Shown here one piece after another: positions 1 to 13,561 of a stretch of DNA of 48,391 nucleotides (positions within the stretch are counted from its first letter, which is position 1; every line of letters starts with the position of its first letter). The DNA is taken from the NCBI RefSeq assembly GCF_006345805.1, contig NW_021834705.1:1-48391 (forward strand). The letters run 5' to 3'. The notes beneath the pieces are model-generated. The model worked only from the letters and a program-made list of their open reading frames with translations. It searched no databases and was not told where the DNA came from. A program made the translations under genes and the position numbers. The DNA is from Octopus sinensis. Its lineage: Eukaryota.

Positions 1-11
1 TCCTGTTGTCC

Positions 12-47
<36 letters not shown>

Positions 48-102
48 TATATATATGCATGTATATATCTTATATATATATATATATATATATAAATATA
101 CA

Positions 103-156
<54 letters not shown>

Positions 157-212
157 ATATATATATATATAATATATATATATATATATAAATATATGTA
201 TATGTATATATA
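12..212. repeat. Compound (TA)n/(CA)n microsatellite; one of many such tracts across the window
   Basis: Direct dinucleotide periodicity; source of the IYIYIY ORFs. Confidence 0.95.
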
Positions 213-294
213 TTTCATCTTCCCTGTCGCGCTTTCTAATTTCTCCACAACTAATTGAACTTATTGCTGAACATCCTTGACGATATCACCACGC

Positions 295-965
295 CCGCTA
301 CAACAGTTACAACAATAACAACAGCAACAATAATGATGACGATGATGATGATGATGATGATAATAGCGTTGATAATAATGGTGATGATGGTAATGGTGAT
401 GGTGATGGTGGTGATGATGATAGTGACTATGATGTTGGGAGGAGGTGAAAACAAACAAACAAAGGCTTTCTGTCTCTAATGACAGGTAAAAACTGTAATG
501 ATGAAAGCCCCTTTTCTTTACCTTTCAATCATCGGGGTTATTGAAGTGATAAAGGGATTGGCGTAGCTGTTGGAGGTGGGGGCGGCGGCGTCAGTAACGG
601 TTGTTGTGTTCGTTGTGGAGGTACGGCTATTGCTTGTGGTGACGTCAATGCTGACGGTGGTGGTGGTGGTGGTGGTGGTAATATTAATGATGATGTCGAT
701 GGTCGTTGTGTTGGTGCTAATGATGGAGGTGCTATGGGTGGTGGATAGTGCTGGCGGGGGAGGGGGAGAGTAGGTTGATGGTGTTGGCGGTGAAGGCGGT
801 GGCGGTATGAAGTTGGTGGGCAGCGGTTACAGTGCATGTAGTATTGATTGTGATAATAGTGGTGGCAGCGGTGGCGGCGGCGGCGGTAGTGGTAGTGGTG
901 GTGGTGGTGGTGGTGATGGTAGTGTTGATAGTTATGGTGATGGTGGTGATGGTGGTGGTGGTGTG
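295..965. repeat. Low-complexity trinucleotide region (AAC, ATG, GGT, GGC runs)
   Basis: Runs of acaaca, gatgat, ggtggt, ggcggc; ORFs in several frames are homopolymeric. Confidence 0.85.
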
Positions 966-1098
966 TGGGGGGTTAAAATGACAAAAAAGAAACCATTTCA
1001 AGCCAAAAATAACTCGTTGGAGAAAATATAAAACAGTTTCCAATGAAAGAAACTTTGAATGGAATCGAGACGTCGAAAGGAAGGTAATCGTTTGAAGA

Positions 1099-1132
<34 letters not shown>

Positions 1133-1198
1133 CGCATGGTTGTGTGTATGTACTTGTACTTATGCCTGGGTGTGTTTGTGTATGTGTAAGTTACTGTT

Positions 1199-1252
<54 letters not shown>

Positions 1253-1654
1253 GTGTGTGTGGTGGTGTGTGTGTATGTGTGTGAAACAGTGATGGATCAC
1301 ATACACTGGCACACACCCATATACACACACCTACGCACACACACACACACGCACACAGACATATATATATATATATATATATAGATATATATATATATAT
1401 ATATATAATATATATGTATATATTTATATATTTATACTTGTATGTGGTGTATGTTTTTGATTGAGTATAAATGTGCCTGTGTCTAATTGCGTATTGCGAA
1501 GCATAAGTATATATTTATGTAAACATTTGTATGTGTCTGCACACACAACTGTGTCTTTTATCTGTGGGCGTGAGAGAGGGTAGTTAGAAAGAGAGAGGAG
1601 GAGAGTAAGAGAAGGAGAGAGAGACTGCGTGGGAGAGATATACCAATAGCTAAA

Positions 1655-1672
1655 TAGATAGATAGTTAGATT

Positions 1673-1742
<70 letters not shown>

Positions 1743-1786
1743 CAGAGAGACAGACAGATAGATAAATAGATACATAGACAGGCAGG

Positions 1787-1847
<61 letters not shown>

Positions 1848-1878
1848 GATAGATAAATAGATAGATAGATAGATAGAC

Positions 1879-1912
<34 letters not shown>

Positions 1913-1963
1913 TAGATAGATAGATAGATAGATGATAGATAAATAGATAGATAGACAGATAGA

Positions 1964-2007
<44 letters not shown>

Positions 2008-2023
2008 TAAATAGATTGATAGG

Positions 2024-2078
<55 letters not shown>

Positions 2079-2099
2079 GTAGGTAGGTAGGTAGGTAGG

Positions 2100-2138
<39 letters not shown>
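1655..2138. repeat. (GATA)n/(GACA)n/(GGTA)n tetranucleotide array
   Basis: About 480 bp of gata repeats with variant blocks. Confidence 0.95.
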
Positions 2139-2139
<1 letters not shown>

Positions 2140-2504
2140 AAGACTACGCGTTTCCCCCCATATTGACAGAATTGAGTTGAGATGTCGAAACTTGAAAAAA
2201 ACTGGGAAACAAAAATAAAAGCTAAACGCAACACAAACGATAACAACTGCAAGAACATCAACAACCAAATAACAAACTATAATTATGTTCACCGGATTGT
2301 ATAAATATCGAAAAGGTCACACCTTCTGATCACGAAGGATTTGGAACCGCGTTGGGGCCGATGCTGTTTTTCCTGTATTTTTCAATGTGTTTTGTTCATT
2401 AGGAAAATGCTACGTCCATCATTCATCATTATAAGACAACACCTACTGTCAATAACCACGCCATTCATCGCCTAATAATAATTATAATAATAATAATATT
2501 GACG

Positions 2505-2569
<65 letters not shown>

Positions 2570-2772
2570 TAGTAGTAGTAGTAGTAGTAGTAGTAGTAGA
2601 GTAGTAGTAGTTAGAAGCAGTAGTAGTTATAGTGATTGTGGTGGTGGTAGTGGTGGCGGCGGTGGTAGCAGTTGTGGTTTGCGTGGGTTGTGGGTGGTTT
2701 GCGTGGGTTGTGGGTGGTTTGCGTGGTTGGGTTAGGGTATTATTATTATTATTATTACTATTATTATTATTA

Positions 2773-2803
<31 letters not shown>

Positions 2804-2811
2804 TTTTAGTT

Positions 2812-2849
<38 letters not shown>

Positions 2850-2862
2850 GGTGGTGGTAGTA
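2505..2862. repeat. (TAG)n, (TAT)n and (GTG)n tracts enclosing a 20-bp minisatellite (2674-2728)
   Basis: Direct periodicity; unit gtggtttgcgtgggttgtgg about 2.7 copies. Confidence 0.9.
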
Positions 2863-3687
2863 ACGATGATGATAAATAATACGACCTTCATAAACCGTTA
2901 AATGCTAATACTACTAATAAAGCTGAGTAATACATCCATCATAGGCCATTAGAAACACAACGGCAAATTGACATTCTGCCGTTACTTGTTCGTTTAAGGC
3001 AAACCTATTCACACGATCCATGTTATAACATGGCAATTTTTTGTAATCTTTCGCTAATTTGTGCGCGTTAGATCGGCTACAGTGGCTTTCAAGCTAGTTT
3101 CTCAACAAAGGAAAACAGTACTCAATACATTATGTCAGGTATAGTTGTATGTGTAAACAGACCTCCCTTCCGTCGTGCTTCAAGTTTCATGCCACATCAA
3201 TCTTCAGGCGAGAACAATGATTGCAAATTGAAGATAAATGTATAAATCTCAGTAAATGAATAATGATTGATTACCCGTCTTTTTCGACGCTGATTATGCA
3301 ACTATTCATTTACTAAAATACTACACGAGTAAATAAATTTTTTTACTTATGCGTCAATGTTTCAAATCAGCAGATTGTTTATATACTATTTCTATACACT
3401 TCAGGGTAGCGATTTCCGATGTGACACAAGTATATGACATTCAGAAGCTGCAGCACAGTGACATCGGTGTCTGACACTCACTTGGTCATCCCTGGTGCGA
3501 TTTCACTTCGGCTACTTCTGAAGTAAACTAGGATCTTGAACATTACAGGCCTTTAAGACAATGTTTCCCAGAGAAAGCAAATGCAGTTTCTGGCGATTAC
3601 ACAACACACCCACATTAAGTATCTGGTGTTGATAAGGCTTACATTACAGAGCTGATTCGATTGCATAATTCGAATACATATGTAAAG

Positions 3688-4102
3688 GGCGGCGAGCTGG
3701 CAGAAACGTTAGCACGCCGGGCGAAATGCGTAGCCGTATTTCGTCTGCCGTTACGTTCTGAGTTCAAATTCCGCCGAGGTCGACTTTGCCTTTCATCCTT
3801 TCGGGATCGATAAAATAAATACCAGTTACGCACTGGGGTCGATGTAATCGACTTAATCCGTGTGTCTGTCCTTGTTTGTCCTCTCTGTGTTTAGCTCCTT
3901 GTGGGTAGTAAAGAAATAGGTATTTCGTCTGCCGCTATGTTCTGAGTTCAAGTTCTGCCGAGGTCCACTTTGCATTTCATCCTTTCGGGATCGAGTAAAT
4001 AAGTACTAGTTACGCACTGAGGTTGATGTAACCGACTTCATCCCTTTGTCTGTTCTTATTTGTCCCCTCTATGTTTAGCCCCTCTGTGGGCAATAAAGAA
4101 AT
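3688..4102 (+). mobile_element. SINE family A (head ggcggcgagctggcag), with tandem repeat of the ~184-bp body
   Basis: Degenerate A box tggcagaaacg and B box gagttcaaattcc; central gtcgactttgcctttcatcctttcggg...gataaaataa.tacc resembles the Meta SINE domain (inference); many dispersed copies in the window. Confidence 0.85.
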
Positions 4103-4530
4103 ATATATACATGTATATGTATACATGACGTAAACACAAACACACCGAGAATATATTGAAGGAAAGTCTAATGTTGAGATAAAGTGAGGAAACAATAAAC
4201 TTTATAAATAAGAGTTAAATTTCAACTTAACATTTAGAACATTAAGGAAACAAATGTAAATTAAGATAATGAGTAACCCGCCATTCCCTCCTCTTTCTCC
4301 AACCGCTTGCCCATCTCCTTCTCTCCCTCGCCATTTCCCTATTTTGGTAATGGCCGTCTTTTGTATCTTCCAGTAAAATCAGTCAAGAATACTGAGGAAC
4401 GAATGAGATCCACACGAAGACAATGTTTGGATGAATAGAGGGAATGGTTAGTTATATTGGCATTCAAAGGAATACAAAGAATACAACGATGAGAAAGACA
4501 ATAACAACAACAACAACGACAACAACAGCG

Positions 4531-4601
<71 letters not shown>

Positions 4602-5776
4602 TGCCTCAAATATAAGAAGCAAATCCAGGGTTATAAACAGTATGCAATTAATAATTCCTTATTTGAACTTGTCGTTTGTCTACATCATGTAGGTTTAATT
4701 GATCGATCACTTTCATGCGAATGTATATATGCATCTATACATGTGTATGTGTGTGTGTGTATATATATATATATCTGTATTTATGTATGTTTATGCGTGC
4801 ACATTTGTAAGCAACTGCGTATTTACATATCGATATACGTATGTATTATATTTATATATATATATATATTCATGTGTGTGTGTGTGCGTGCGTTTGTGTG
4901 TGCATGTGTATGTGTGCGTGTGCGTGTGTGTATGTATGTGTGTGTGTGTGTACATATAAATGAATGTATATGTGTACTTATGTGTGAATCGGTATGACTG
5001 TTCAGCAAGGTAAGGTGGTTCGAATTTACCGTCACATATCTTCCAAGCTGACGTAATTGGCTTCGGTACTACTTCCCCCTCTCCGCACCCCTCATTCTGC
5101 TCCCCCTCCTCCACCTTCCAACCTCCTCTTCCTGCCTTTACTAATACTACTACCAACACTACTCCGCTCCTTCCATACTCCAGCACAACCCCCATCGCCG
5201 TCACTTTTCTCGGTGCTACGTAACTGTCACCATTACACGCCTTCCTCACAGCTTACTCCTTAAGTTGCTCTTTAAAGATATCTTAATTTTTTCTTTCTTT
5301 TTTGCAATCTATTAAAATTTATTTCGTCCGTAAATTTATTTTATCTAAAATATCAAATAAAAAAGAAACTTTCAAGAAATCGCAAAAATAAATTTAATGG
5401 AACAACCGATATTTTCCGAAGAATATTTCATTTCTTGTCATATTTTTTTTCCGATTTACTACTTTAATTGAATTGTTCTCATTTTTAAAAAATCATATTT
5501 TTTTCCTTCATTAATGACAAAGGCAAAGTACACAGCTAGAATATTCTCATATTTCGCTCTATGTGGTGCAATAATTTCATATAAAAAATATACTTTATTA
5601 CTGAGAGAAAAATCCTGATATTGATACGAAAAATGAAGTCTATTTTCTCTTTTTCTTATTTCATTTCTTTCCATATGTCATGCTTATTGTATAATTTAAA
5701 TAACAGACAATGTAAGACCTATATAGCTGCACGATAAAGGTTTAAAACCAACACGCTTATTTGTATACACACACAC

Positions 5777-5807
<31 letters not shown>

Positions 5808-5808
<1 letters not shown>

Positions 5809-6119
5809 TTCTGTTTGTTCCTTCTCAAGCTACGCCTGGCTCATGAGGGCAGGTTTCCCGGTTTCCCGGTTTCCTTGGCGTATAGGTTCCCCACCTGGAC
5901 AGGACGCCGGTCCGTCGCAGGTGAGCTGCAAGATGCAGGAGGAAAGATTAAGAGAAAGTTGTGGCGAAAGAGTCAGCAGAAGTTCGCCATTACTTACTGC
6001 TGAAGCCGTGTTCAGCTTAGATATTTCGCTCATAAACACACATATCGCCCTGTCTGAGATTCGAACCTGCGATCGCTCGAACGCGAGTCCGCTACTCTAA
6101 CCACTAGGCCATGTGTCTC
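5808..6119 (-). mobile_element. Full-length tRNA-derived SINE, family E
   Basis: Minus strand starts gagacacatggcctagtggttagag (A box) and ggttcgaatc (B box); ends in an (aaac)/(ac) tail; body shared with 6480-6782 and 34375-34536. Confidence 0.8.
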
Positions 6120-6129
6120 ATATCAGACG

Positions 6130-6297
6130 CCATGATAGATCGTTAGCCACTAGACACATGTTTTCTCTCCTTGTTTTTTCTGTGTACCTTTCTGTAGAAG
6201 AGCATAGGCTCGAAACGTAAAAGACTTTTTCTATTCCTGAGCGCTATACTAATACATTTGTTTTTTGTTTTTTTTTGTTTTTTTTCGTATACTTTCT
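6130..6297 (+). mobile_element. Short non-autonomous element with CUGUAGA-variant hammerhead-like motif (6188-6223), 3' end at (TA)n
   Basis: CTTT-CTGTAGA-A-GAGC-atag-GCTC-GAA-ACGT-A-AAAG; homologous copies at 19946-20192, 38924-39115 and 39428-39617. Confidence 0.75.
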
Positions 6298-6382
6298 ATA
6301 TATATATATATACACACACACACATTTAGACATACATGCATATATTCATATATGCATACATTTACTTATATATATATATAAT

Positions 6383-6451
<69 letters not shown>

Positions 6452-6479
6452 GAGAGAAAGGGAGAGGAGGTGAATGAAA

Positions 6480-6782
6480 TGGCCCATGGCAGTAACTTGC
6501 GGTCGTAGCATCTCGGTTTTTATTCCCAAACGGGGGTGAGTGTTTATTGAACAAAAACATATAAAGCTCTACCAGGCACCGGCAGGGATGTGGTGGCGAT
6601 CCCTGCTCTACTCTTTCGCCACAGCTTTCTATCACACTTTCTTCCTGTTTCTGTTGTACCTGTATTTCAAAGGGCCAGCCTTGTCACACACGGTATTACG
6701 CTGAATCTCCCCGAGAACTACGTTAAGGATACACGTGTCTATGAACTGGAACCTTCGTCCTCGTAACCGATGGACTGCCACA
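6480..6782 (+). mobile_element. SINE family E, decayed head
   Basis: gtgagtgtttattga...ctctttcgccacagctttct shared with other family E copies. Confidence 0.7.
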
Positions 6783-6819
6783 ACATCAACATATATATAT
6801 ATATATATATATATAGATA

Positions 6820-7748
6820 AGAAAGTTTGGTTTGGTAAAGCACGTGGGTGAATATATAAGAAAATAGTAAAGTGTGAAAAACGACGAAGGCTTAAATGTT
6901 AAAAAATATATATTTGTGTCAAAATGTGGAGAATATTGGAAAATTTTTCCTTTCCTTAAAATGACATAATTTTAAAATTTAAAGAAATTACGGGTTTCGC
7001 GTGTGCTTTTCAAATTTCTTGTGACGTTATGTTTATATTGCATGGAATATCGTTGTTTTTATTTCCAGGAGATTTCTAATAAGGGGAGGTAGTGAGTGAT
7101 TTTTTCGGTGTAGGGGAGATAATCGCTTAAAAAAATTTTTTTTTTTCCATTTTTGTTAATTTCTCTGTGTCAGTATGTTCGGATGGTTGAGTCTGGGTTT
7201 GTACTTTTCAATGAGAATGTTTCCTGTTCAGTCTATTTGTGTGATGATCCGAAAGCACATTGGTAAAATGGGAAGATTAAATTGTGGCAGTAGTTGCTTT
7301 GCGCATTTCTCAATGTGCTCACTAAAAGGTATCATTCTATATCTGGGAATGAATCTGTGTCGAGCAGTGTGCATCTGCGCCTGAGTGATAGTCCCGTGGA
7401 ACCCACGTAGTCTTGGTGGCAGCCGAGCATTTAATAACATAAATTATGTTTTCACAAGTAAAGTTAGATTTGATCTTAAATTTCTGTCCCTCTTTAAAGA
7501 GAATTCTGATCCTTCCATAGGTAGGACATGTTGCACAGTTGATCTACCACATTTTTTTTACTTTTGCATCCGTAATTTTAGAAGACAATTTTGCCTTTGT
7601 GAGAATCTTTTTTAAGTGATTTATAGCTTTTGTAGCTTTATGATTTGTGTATGTTTTAGAATTTCCTTAATTTGGGTTTTTATGAAGTATTGGTAAATTT
7701 CTGGGTGATGATGGTGAAGGCTTCTTTGTTTCTGGGGTTGTATGTAGA
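6820..7748 (-). mobile_element. Degenerate Penelope-like retroelement 3' fragment (GIY-YIG endonuclease plus 3' UTR with hammerhead)
   Basis: Minus-strand pieces across frameshifts: STYNPRNKEAFTII / KCGR.NCATCP / FKIKSNFTCENIIYVIKCS / GCHQDYVGSTGLSLRRRCTL / LIEKYKPRLN, the Cys-rich GIY-YIG layout of PLEs; ends at (TA)n. Confidence 0.85.
6982..7020 (-). ncRNA. Minimal type-I hammerhead ribozyme motif, U3-A8 variant
   Basis: Minus strand AAGAAAT-TTGAAAA-GC acac GC-GAAA-CCCG-TA|ATTTCTT: perfect 7-bp stem I, GUA triplet, sense to the PLE ORF. Confidence 0.65.
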
Positions 7749-8750
7749 TATGTAGATATAGTATGTAAGATATGTAGATATGTAAGATATAGATATGTAA
7801 GATATAAGATATTATTATATATTATCTATATATATTATATATATATATATATAGTATATATATATTATATATATATATATGTAATATATATGTGTGTGTG
7901 TGTGTATGTATATATATATAAATACGTAAATTTGTAGTGGAATATATAGATACGTATAAACGTGTGGCTATCACAGAACTTCCTCTACCATACTTGGCTA
8001 GGTGGCACTAATAATGCAAAAATCTAGGCACCTTAAATACAAGCCAAAGAGTTTCCACCTATAGCCGTTCACTCATCTATACTCACTTCCAGCTTAATTC
8101 ATGTAAAGAATGCGAGTTATAACTCTGGGTTAGCCTTAAGAGTTAAGATCTCTTCCGGAAAATCCGTACTTATCCCCACAAACGCCTGTTTTTTTTTATG
8201 TAAACTAAAACGAAATTCTCTCGACAGATATATAAGGGAAAACGTACTGATTTGAAAGTCAGACATTTGTTTAATGTAGACCCGCTTCTTATCCACTCGG
8301 CCGAGTTAACGCTACACTAATAGATACGAGGTCTTATCAACACATGTACACACACGCGTGTACGCACACATACACACAAACACACACACACACGGGCACA
8401 TTCACACAAACATATATATATATAGTAACATATGTATGTGCATAGATATACACATTTACATGGTGATTTTAAACCTGTTGTTTTAAACCCTTCCTTTTCA
8501 CCAGTCTTTCCATCGTTTCGTCTTCTTTGTCTATTCGTTTAGCACTCCTTCCTCTCCTTCTCCTATTCCTCCTCCTCCTCCTTTCTAGTGTTTCATTCTT
8601 TGCTTTATTTGTTTCTTAATAGAATCCCGAACGATTCGCCGACGTCCATTTTATTGTTTCATTGACCTCCTCTGACATTTTGCTTTATAGCTTGCTTGAC
8701 CAATTATTTCGATTTCTCTTTCATTCACTCACTCTATCGCTCTCTCTCTC

Positions 8751-8767
8751 TCATCTATCTATCTGTC

Positions 8768-8830
<63 letters not shown>

Positions 8831-8855
8831 GTCTCTATCTATCTATCTATCTGTC

Positions 8856-8904
<49 letters not shown>

Positions 8905-8941
8905 ATCTATCTATCTATTTATGTAACTATTTATCTATCTC
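8751..8941. repeat. (TATC)n array
   Basis: Direct periodicity. Confidence 0.95.
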
Positions 8942-9312
8942 TACAAAGCCTTATTGAAATGATCCGTATAGAAAGGAGCGATCAGAGATAATATTCCATA
9001 TCTCTTGTACAAAGGTGTCAATTATTTATGACAAAGATGAAACAACATTGGTCATAAATGGCACCACCTCCCTTATCAAAGAACAGCAGGAGTGTGTGAG
9101 TGTGTGTTTGTGTGTGTTTGTGTGTGTGTGTGTGTTTCTGTATCCGCATGTGTCTGTGTGTCCGTATGTCTTTTAGTGTGTGTATCTGTGCGTATACTGT
9201 AACCTATAAAACATATTTTTCATTAATCGTAGGAAATGGTTAGTTTTTGTGCAAAAACGTACGTAAGAACGTGTATGTATTTGTGTGTGTATGCGCGTGT
9301 GTGAGAGTATAT

Positions 9313-9348
<36 letters not shown>

Positions 9349-10504
9349 CATACATACATATATATATACGTATATATATACACATATTCATACATGCATA
9401 TATATATGCATTCATGCACACACACACTTATATGTAAATACATACACATACAAATGATTATATATTCGTATATCTCTATGTGCATTTGTGCGTATAAATG
9501 CATGTATCCTTGTATGCATGTCGTGTTCAATTCCTAGTGGTTCGGCTCATCTTTTTTCAGTCAACTGTTTATGGTTAGTCGCTTTAAATGGACCATATAT
9601 TATTATATAAATAATATATTAATTATAGTTCTAATATATATATATATATATATTGATACTCTGGTAGGTTTCAGTCATAGCACCACCTGGCAAAGTCATT
9701 CATATAAGGAATCGGACAAGATAGCCCACTCGAGGAGAGAGCTATTGTTTATGGAAACATATCCGGGTGTAGTAAGTTTATCCGGGAATTATTGAAGGAA
9801 TTTGTACAAAAATTTCTAGAACTTTATGGGGTCTGTTTTTACTTTAATGTGGTTTTGGCGTAACGTTAAAGAGAGCCGGGCCAATTGAGGTGAAATGATT
9901 GCGCCGTATTATTGTCATGCGATACGAGTATCATTTATGTTGTGGGGTCTAATTCTTGGGTGGATCTTAAAGGCGATGCCAACATAATTTGAGCAATGTT
10001 GATGGAATATTTTCCGCATCATGCAGATGATGTTGCTCTCACGGAGGCATTGGAAAGAATACATGGATTTTACATATGTGAGTTTACATAATTTGTTCTT
10101 GAATTTGTAAATATATCAATGAATATATACAGACGTATGTGTATACATACCTACACTCACATACACATATATATACATATACTTAAACATATATGTATAT
10201 ACTGACATACATACAAAAACACATGCATACATACATATATATATATTATATACATACACACAAATACATGCATTCATACATATATACATAATACGCACAT
10301 ACATACATGTATACATGTATGCATGCAGACATGTAAGTCAAACATAAGTGATGAAGATTGATTAGTGGTTATTGAGCCTTTGGTCGTTATCCAGTCTGAT
10401 GTTTCCAAGAGAATCTTTACCATTCGATAGGTGATCCGACTTCACTTCCATACATTATACTCCCTAATGCAGCACAAATCTACGATCATTATATTTATGA
10501 GGAA

Positions 10505-10870
10505 CTAGCAGTATCGCCCGGCGTTGCTCAGGTTTGTAAGGGAAATAACTATATAAGCATTTTTAGAGAGTTATAGCGGAAAAAAAATGATGGTAAATTT
10601 TTTTTGAGAGTTAAAAAAGGTCGAGTTGCGTCCCCTAGACAGTCTGTGTTTGTGTTTCTGATTCTCGACCCAATGTCGAATTTATCGATTTTTTTCAGAA
10701 GTGAGGGAACTTTTCAAATTTTCGCTGCGTTGTTTTTTGAATTATGACATTGGGCTATGTGTGTGTCAAGTTTCATCAGAATCGGTTGAAAGCAGTGGTC
10801 AGGGTGAGGGTACAACCAAACAGACACACAGAAACACACACAGACAAACTGCCATTTATATAGAGAGAGA
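10505..10870 (-). mobile_element. Non-autonomous Helitron
   Basis: Minus strand begins TC after A and ends CTAG before T, no TSD; GC hairpin cctg-agcaacgc-cggg 8 nt before the terminal CTAG. Confidence 0.75.
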
Positions 10871-10974
10871 TACTAATATTCATTATGCTTCGTTGTTTTT
10901 GTTTTTTAATTATTATTGCATTTCAAAGGAAGTCGTTGATTGTCAGAATCATTTGAGCGCATGACAAAATATCA

Positions 10975-11220
10975 TATGGTTGTGAGTTCAAATCCTGCCG
11001 AGGTCAGATTTGTCTTTCATCTATTCGGTTCCGCTAAAATGAAAGAGAAATTCATATAATCAACTAATCACGCAGCCCTCAGAACTGGTGCCCCTGCTGT
11101 TAAAGTGTAATACTTTAGGACATGCTATTGGTAGAATCGGTGCAATGTGCCACAAAAATGTTCCAGCTTATTAGGTTCTGAGTTCAAATCACGCTCAGTT
11201 TACCTACAAATTCATCTTCG
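10975..11220 (+). mobile_element. Two old family A SINE fragments
   Basis: gagttcaaatcctgccgaggtcagatttgtctttcatc and gttctgagttcaaatcacgc. Confidence 0.55.
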
Positions 11221-11652
11221 CAAAAGCATGTAATTAATAGACATTTCAAGTATTTATTCAAATAATCATTTCACAAATGTTTGACCTTCAGTTTCAATCG
11301 GAAGTTATTCTTCTTTTTTTTTCTGGTGTTAATGGTTTGAAGAGGAAGCTAAGAGTAATGAGGATGCGACTGCCTTGCTGTTGGTTTGTGACGAGTTACA
11401 CGGGAGTAACAGGCATCGCCAGTGTTAAGTGATGTACTCTGAACATGAGTCTGTACACAAAGAAATATACAAACGTACACGCTATATGAATACATTTATA
11501 CTCATATACATGCATATAAATGCAAACACATACACAAACACACACACACACATATATATATACGTGTAACAATCCCAAAAGCGTATGCGAACATACATGC
11601 ACACATGCGGCGCGCATATATATAGATTTCATATATATTATGCACACATACG

Positions 11653-11684
<32 letters not shown>

Positions 11685-12731
11685 TATAATATATATATAG
11701 GTATATGTGGTGCGTACACGCGTGAGTGTTTGTATGTTGGACAGATGCAGACAACATGTGACCAGGTCCGCCGCCAGATGCTGGAACAGATGTTGTCCTT
11801 GACTTGACGAGGGAAGGAAAGAGGACAAGGCAAGGCAGGACTTAGTCCATTGGCGGCCCTCACTCGTTACGACACAAGTATTTCTTTGGAAATTGCAACT
11901 ATATTGTACATATATATACCCACAACTATAAATGCCCCCTTAACTTCTAAAAATGAAATATAGATTCTGCTCAAAAGAAAATTTGTGCTATGTATATAAA
12001 ACTTTCAGTGAAATTACCCAAGAAATGGAACGTGTATGTACAATAAATTTCAGTCTTCTAATTTGATTCCACAATTTCAAATTCTTATTGTTGATATCTT
12101 AATATTTTCGAAATAAAGCCCTCAACTTCGTTACTTCAGTGACAATGTTTCGTTATACGTACCCACCTCATCGTCTCTCTTCAACTGTCTGATTTTACAA
12201 TAAACATTCTAGAAATGCCAAGAACATAACCGAACACCATAAAGACCCGAAGGTGAGCGGAGACCCCGCAGCCAAAATTTTGTAATTATCACAGTCAAGA
12301 TGATAATCCTTAGCGCAGAAGTGCAAGCAAATCCTAATGTATTTGATAGCATATAAGACACATTTTTCCCAAGCATATACGTCAAAAAACTTATCCATTG
12401 TCCTGTATGCGAAACTATGCCTCCTGTCAGCAAAATTTGCTCCTGACGCTCCTATTCGTAGATATGCGCCGCTGAACTTGGTGAAGATCTTTTACGCCAG
12501 AAAACACGACGTTACATTCGTACCTATAACGATTGTTGGATTAAGCTAATTGTTTTGCTAAGTCATTGAACAAAATCCAGGTACACGACAAAATAAACCA
12601 GATAATCTACAATTTCCAACAAAATCTCTGTTCACCGAAGCTGTGAATAATATGTAAACATTTAGATAAAATTCAACATGGAAGCATCACTTGATTATTT
12701 TTTTCTCGTGTTTAATTTCTTAAAATTCCAG

Positions 12732-12755
12732 TAAAGAAGATTTGCCTCGACCTTG
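12732..12755 (+). other. Candidate 24-nt microexon
   Basis: T-rich tract ...ttcttaaaattccag| upstream, TTG|gtaagt donor; phase 1 reads KKICLDL; no transcript evidence. Confidence 0.3.
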
Positions 12756-13523
12756 GTAAGTACTTCCTTGTAGTGAAAATGTAGAGATCCAAAATACACT
12801 CCTATTCTCCCTGTCTCTCTCTCTGTCTTTCTCTCCACACACACACATACACACATATATATGTATATATATATTTACACATATATGGAAGCATATCTAT
12901 ACACACATATATATAGAGAATGCATTAAATCTTTATATACAAATACCTACACAGAGATAATCACACATAATCACACACACAAACACACACACGCCCTCTG
13001 GATGTTTAATGTCACTAATAGCACAGAACTGTAGATGACAGTCTCTGTAGGGTGGGATCGAAACAGCATTCATCCGATATCGATTCCATTTCTACCTTTT
13101 TTGCATGACATGCAATTAAGGACGTAATGCTCAATGAAGCAGAACACATTGGGATTTTGATTTCATCACGTGATCACAGCAGGAAGTTGTTAGGGATGTT
13201 AGCTTTTAGTGAGACTATTCCCAAAAGTGAGGGGTTAGTGTTGGCGGGGGTGTAGATGCACATGCGTGTCTGTCAACATGCACACACACACACACACACA
13301 CAATAACACACGCATATTTGCATACAAAGTTCTATATACAATCAATCACACACACACAGACATACACATACATACATACACACGCGCATATTTGTATAGA
13401 AACTTCTATATACAATCAATCACACACGCACGCTCACACGCATACATTTTTGTAAAGACACATACGTACATTCATTACTCACACACACGCATATTTGTAC
13501 ACACACCCATGAACACTGTTGAT

Positions 13524-13561
<38 letters not shown>

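Noticed and set aside
5830-5920. Apparent 91-nt exon with CAG|gtgagc donor
   Set aside because: Lies inside a family E SINE on the opposite strand and is not frame-preserving
12213-12252. 40-nt exon candidate with AAG|gtgagc donor
   Set aside because: Its only open frame ends in phase 0, which would hit TAA in the next candidate; weak acceptor; viable only as a non-coding exon
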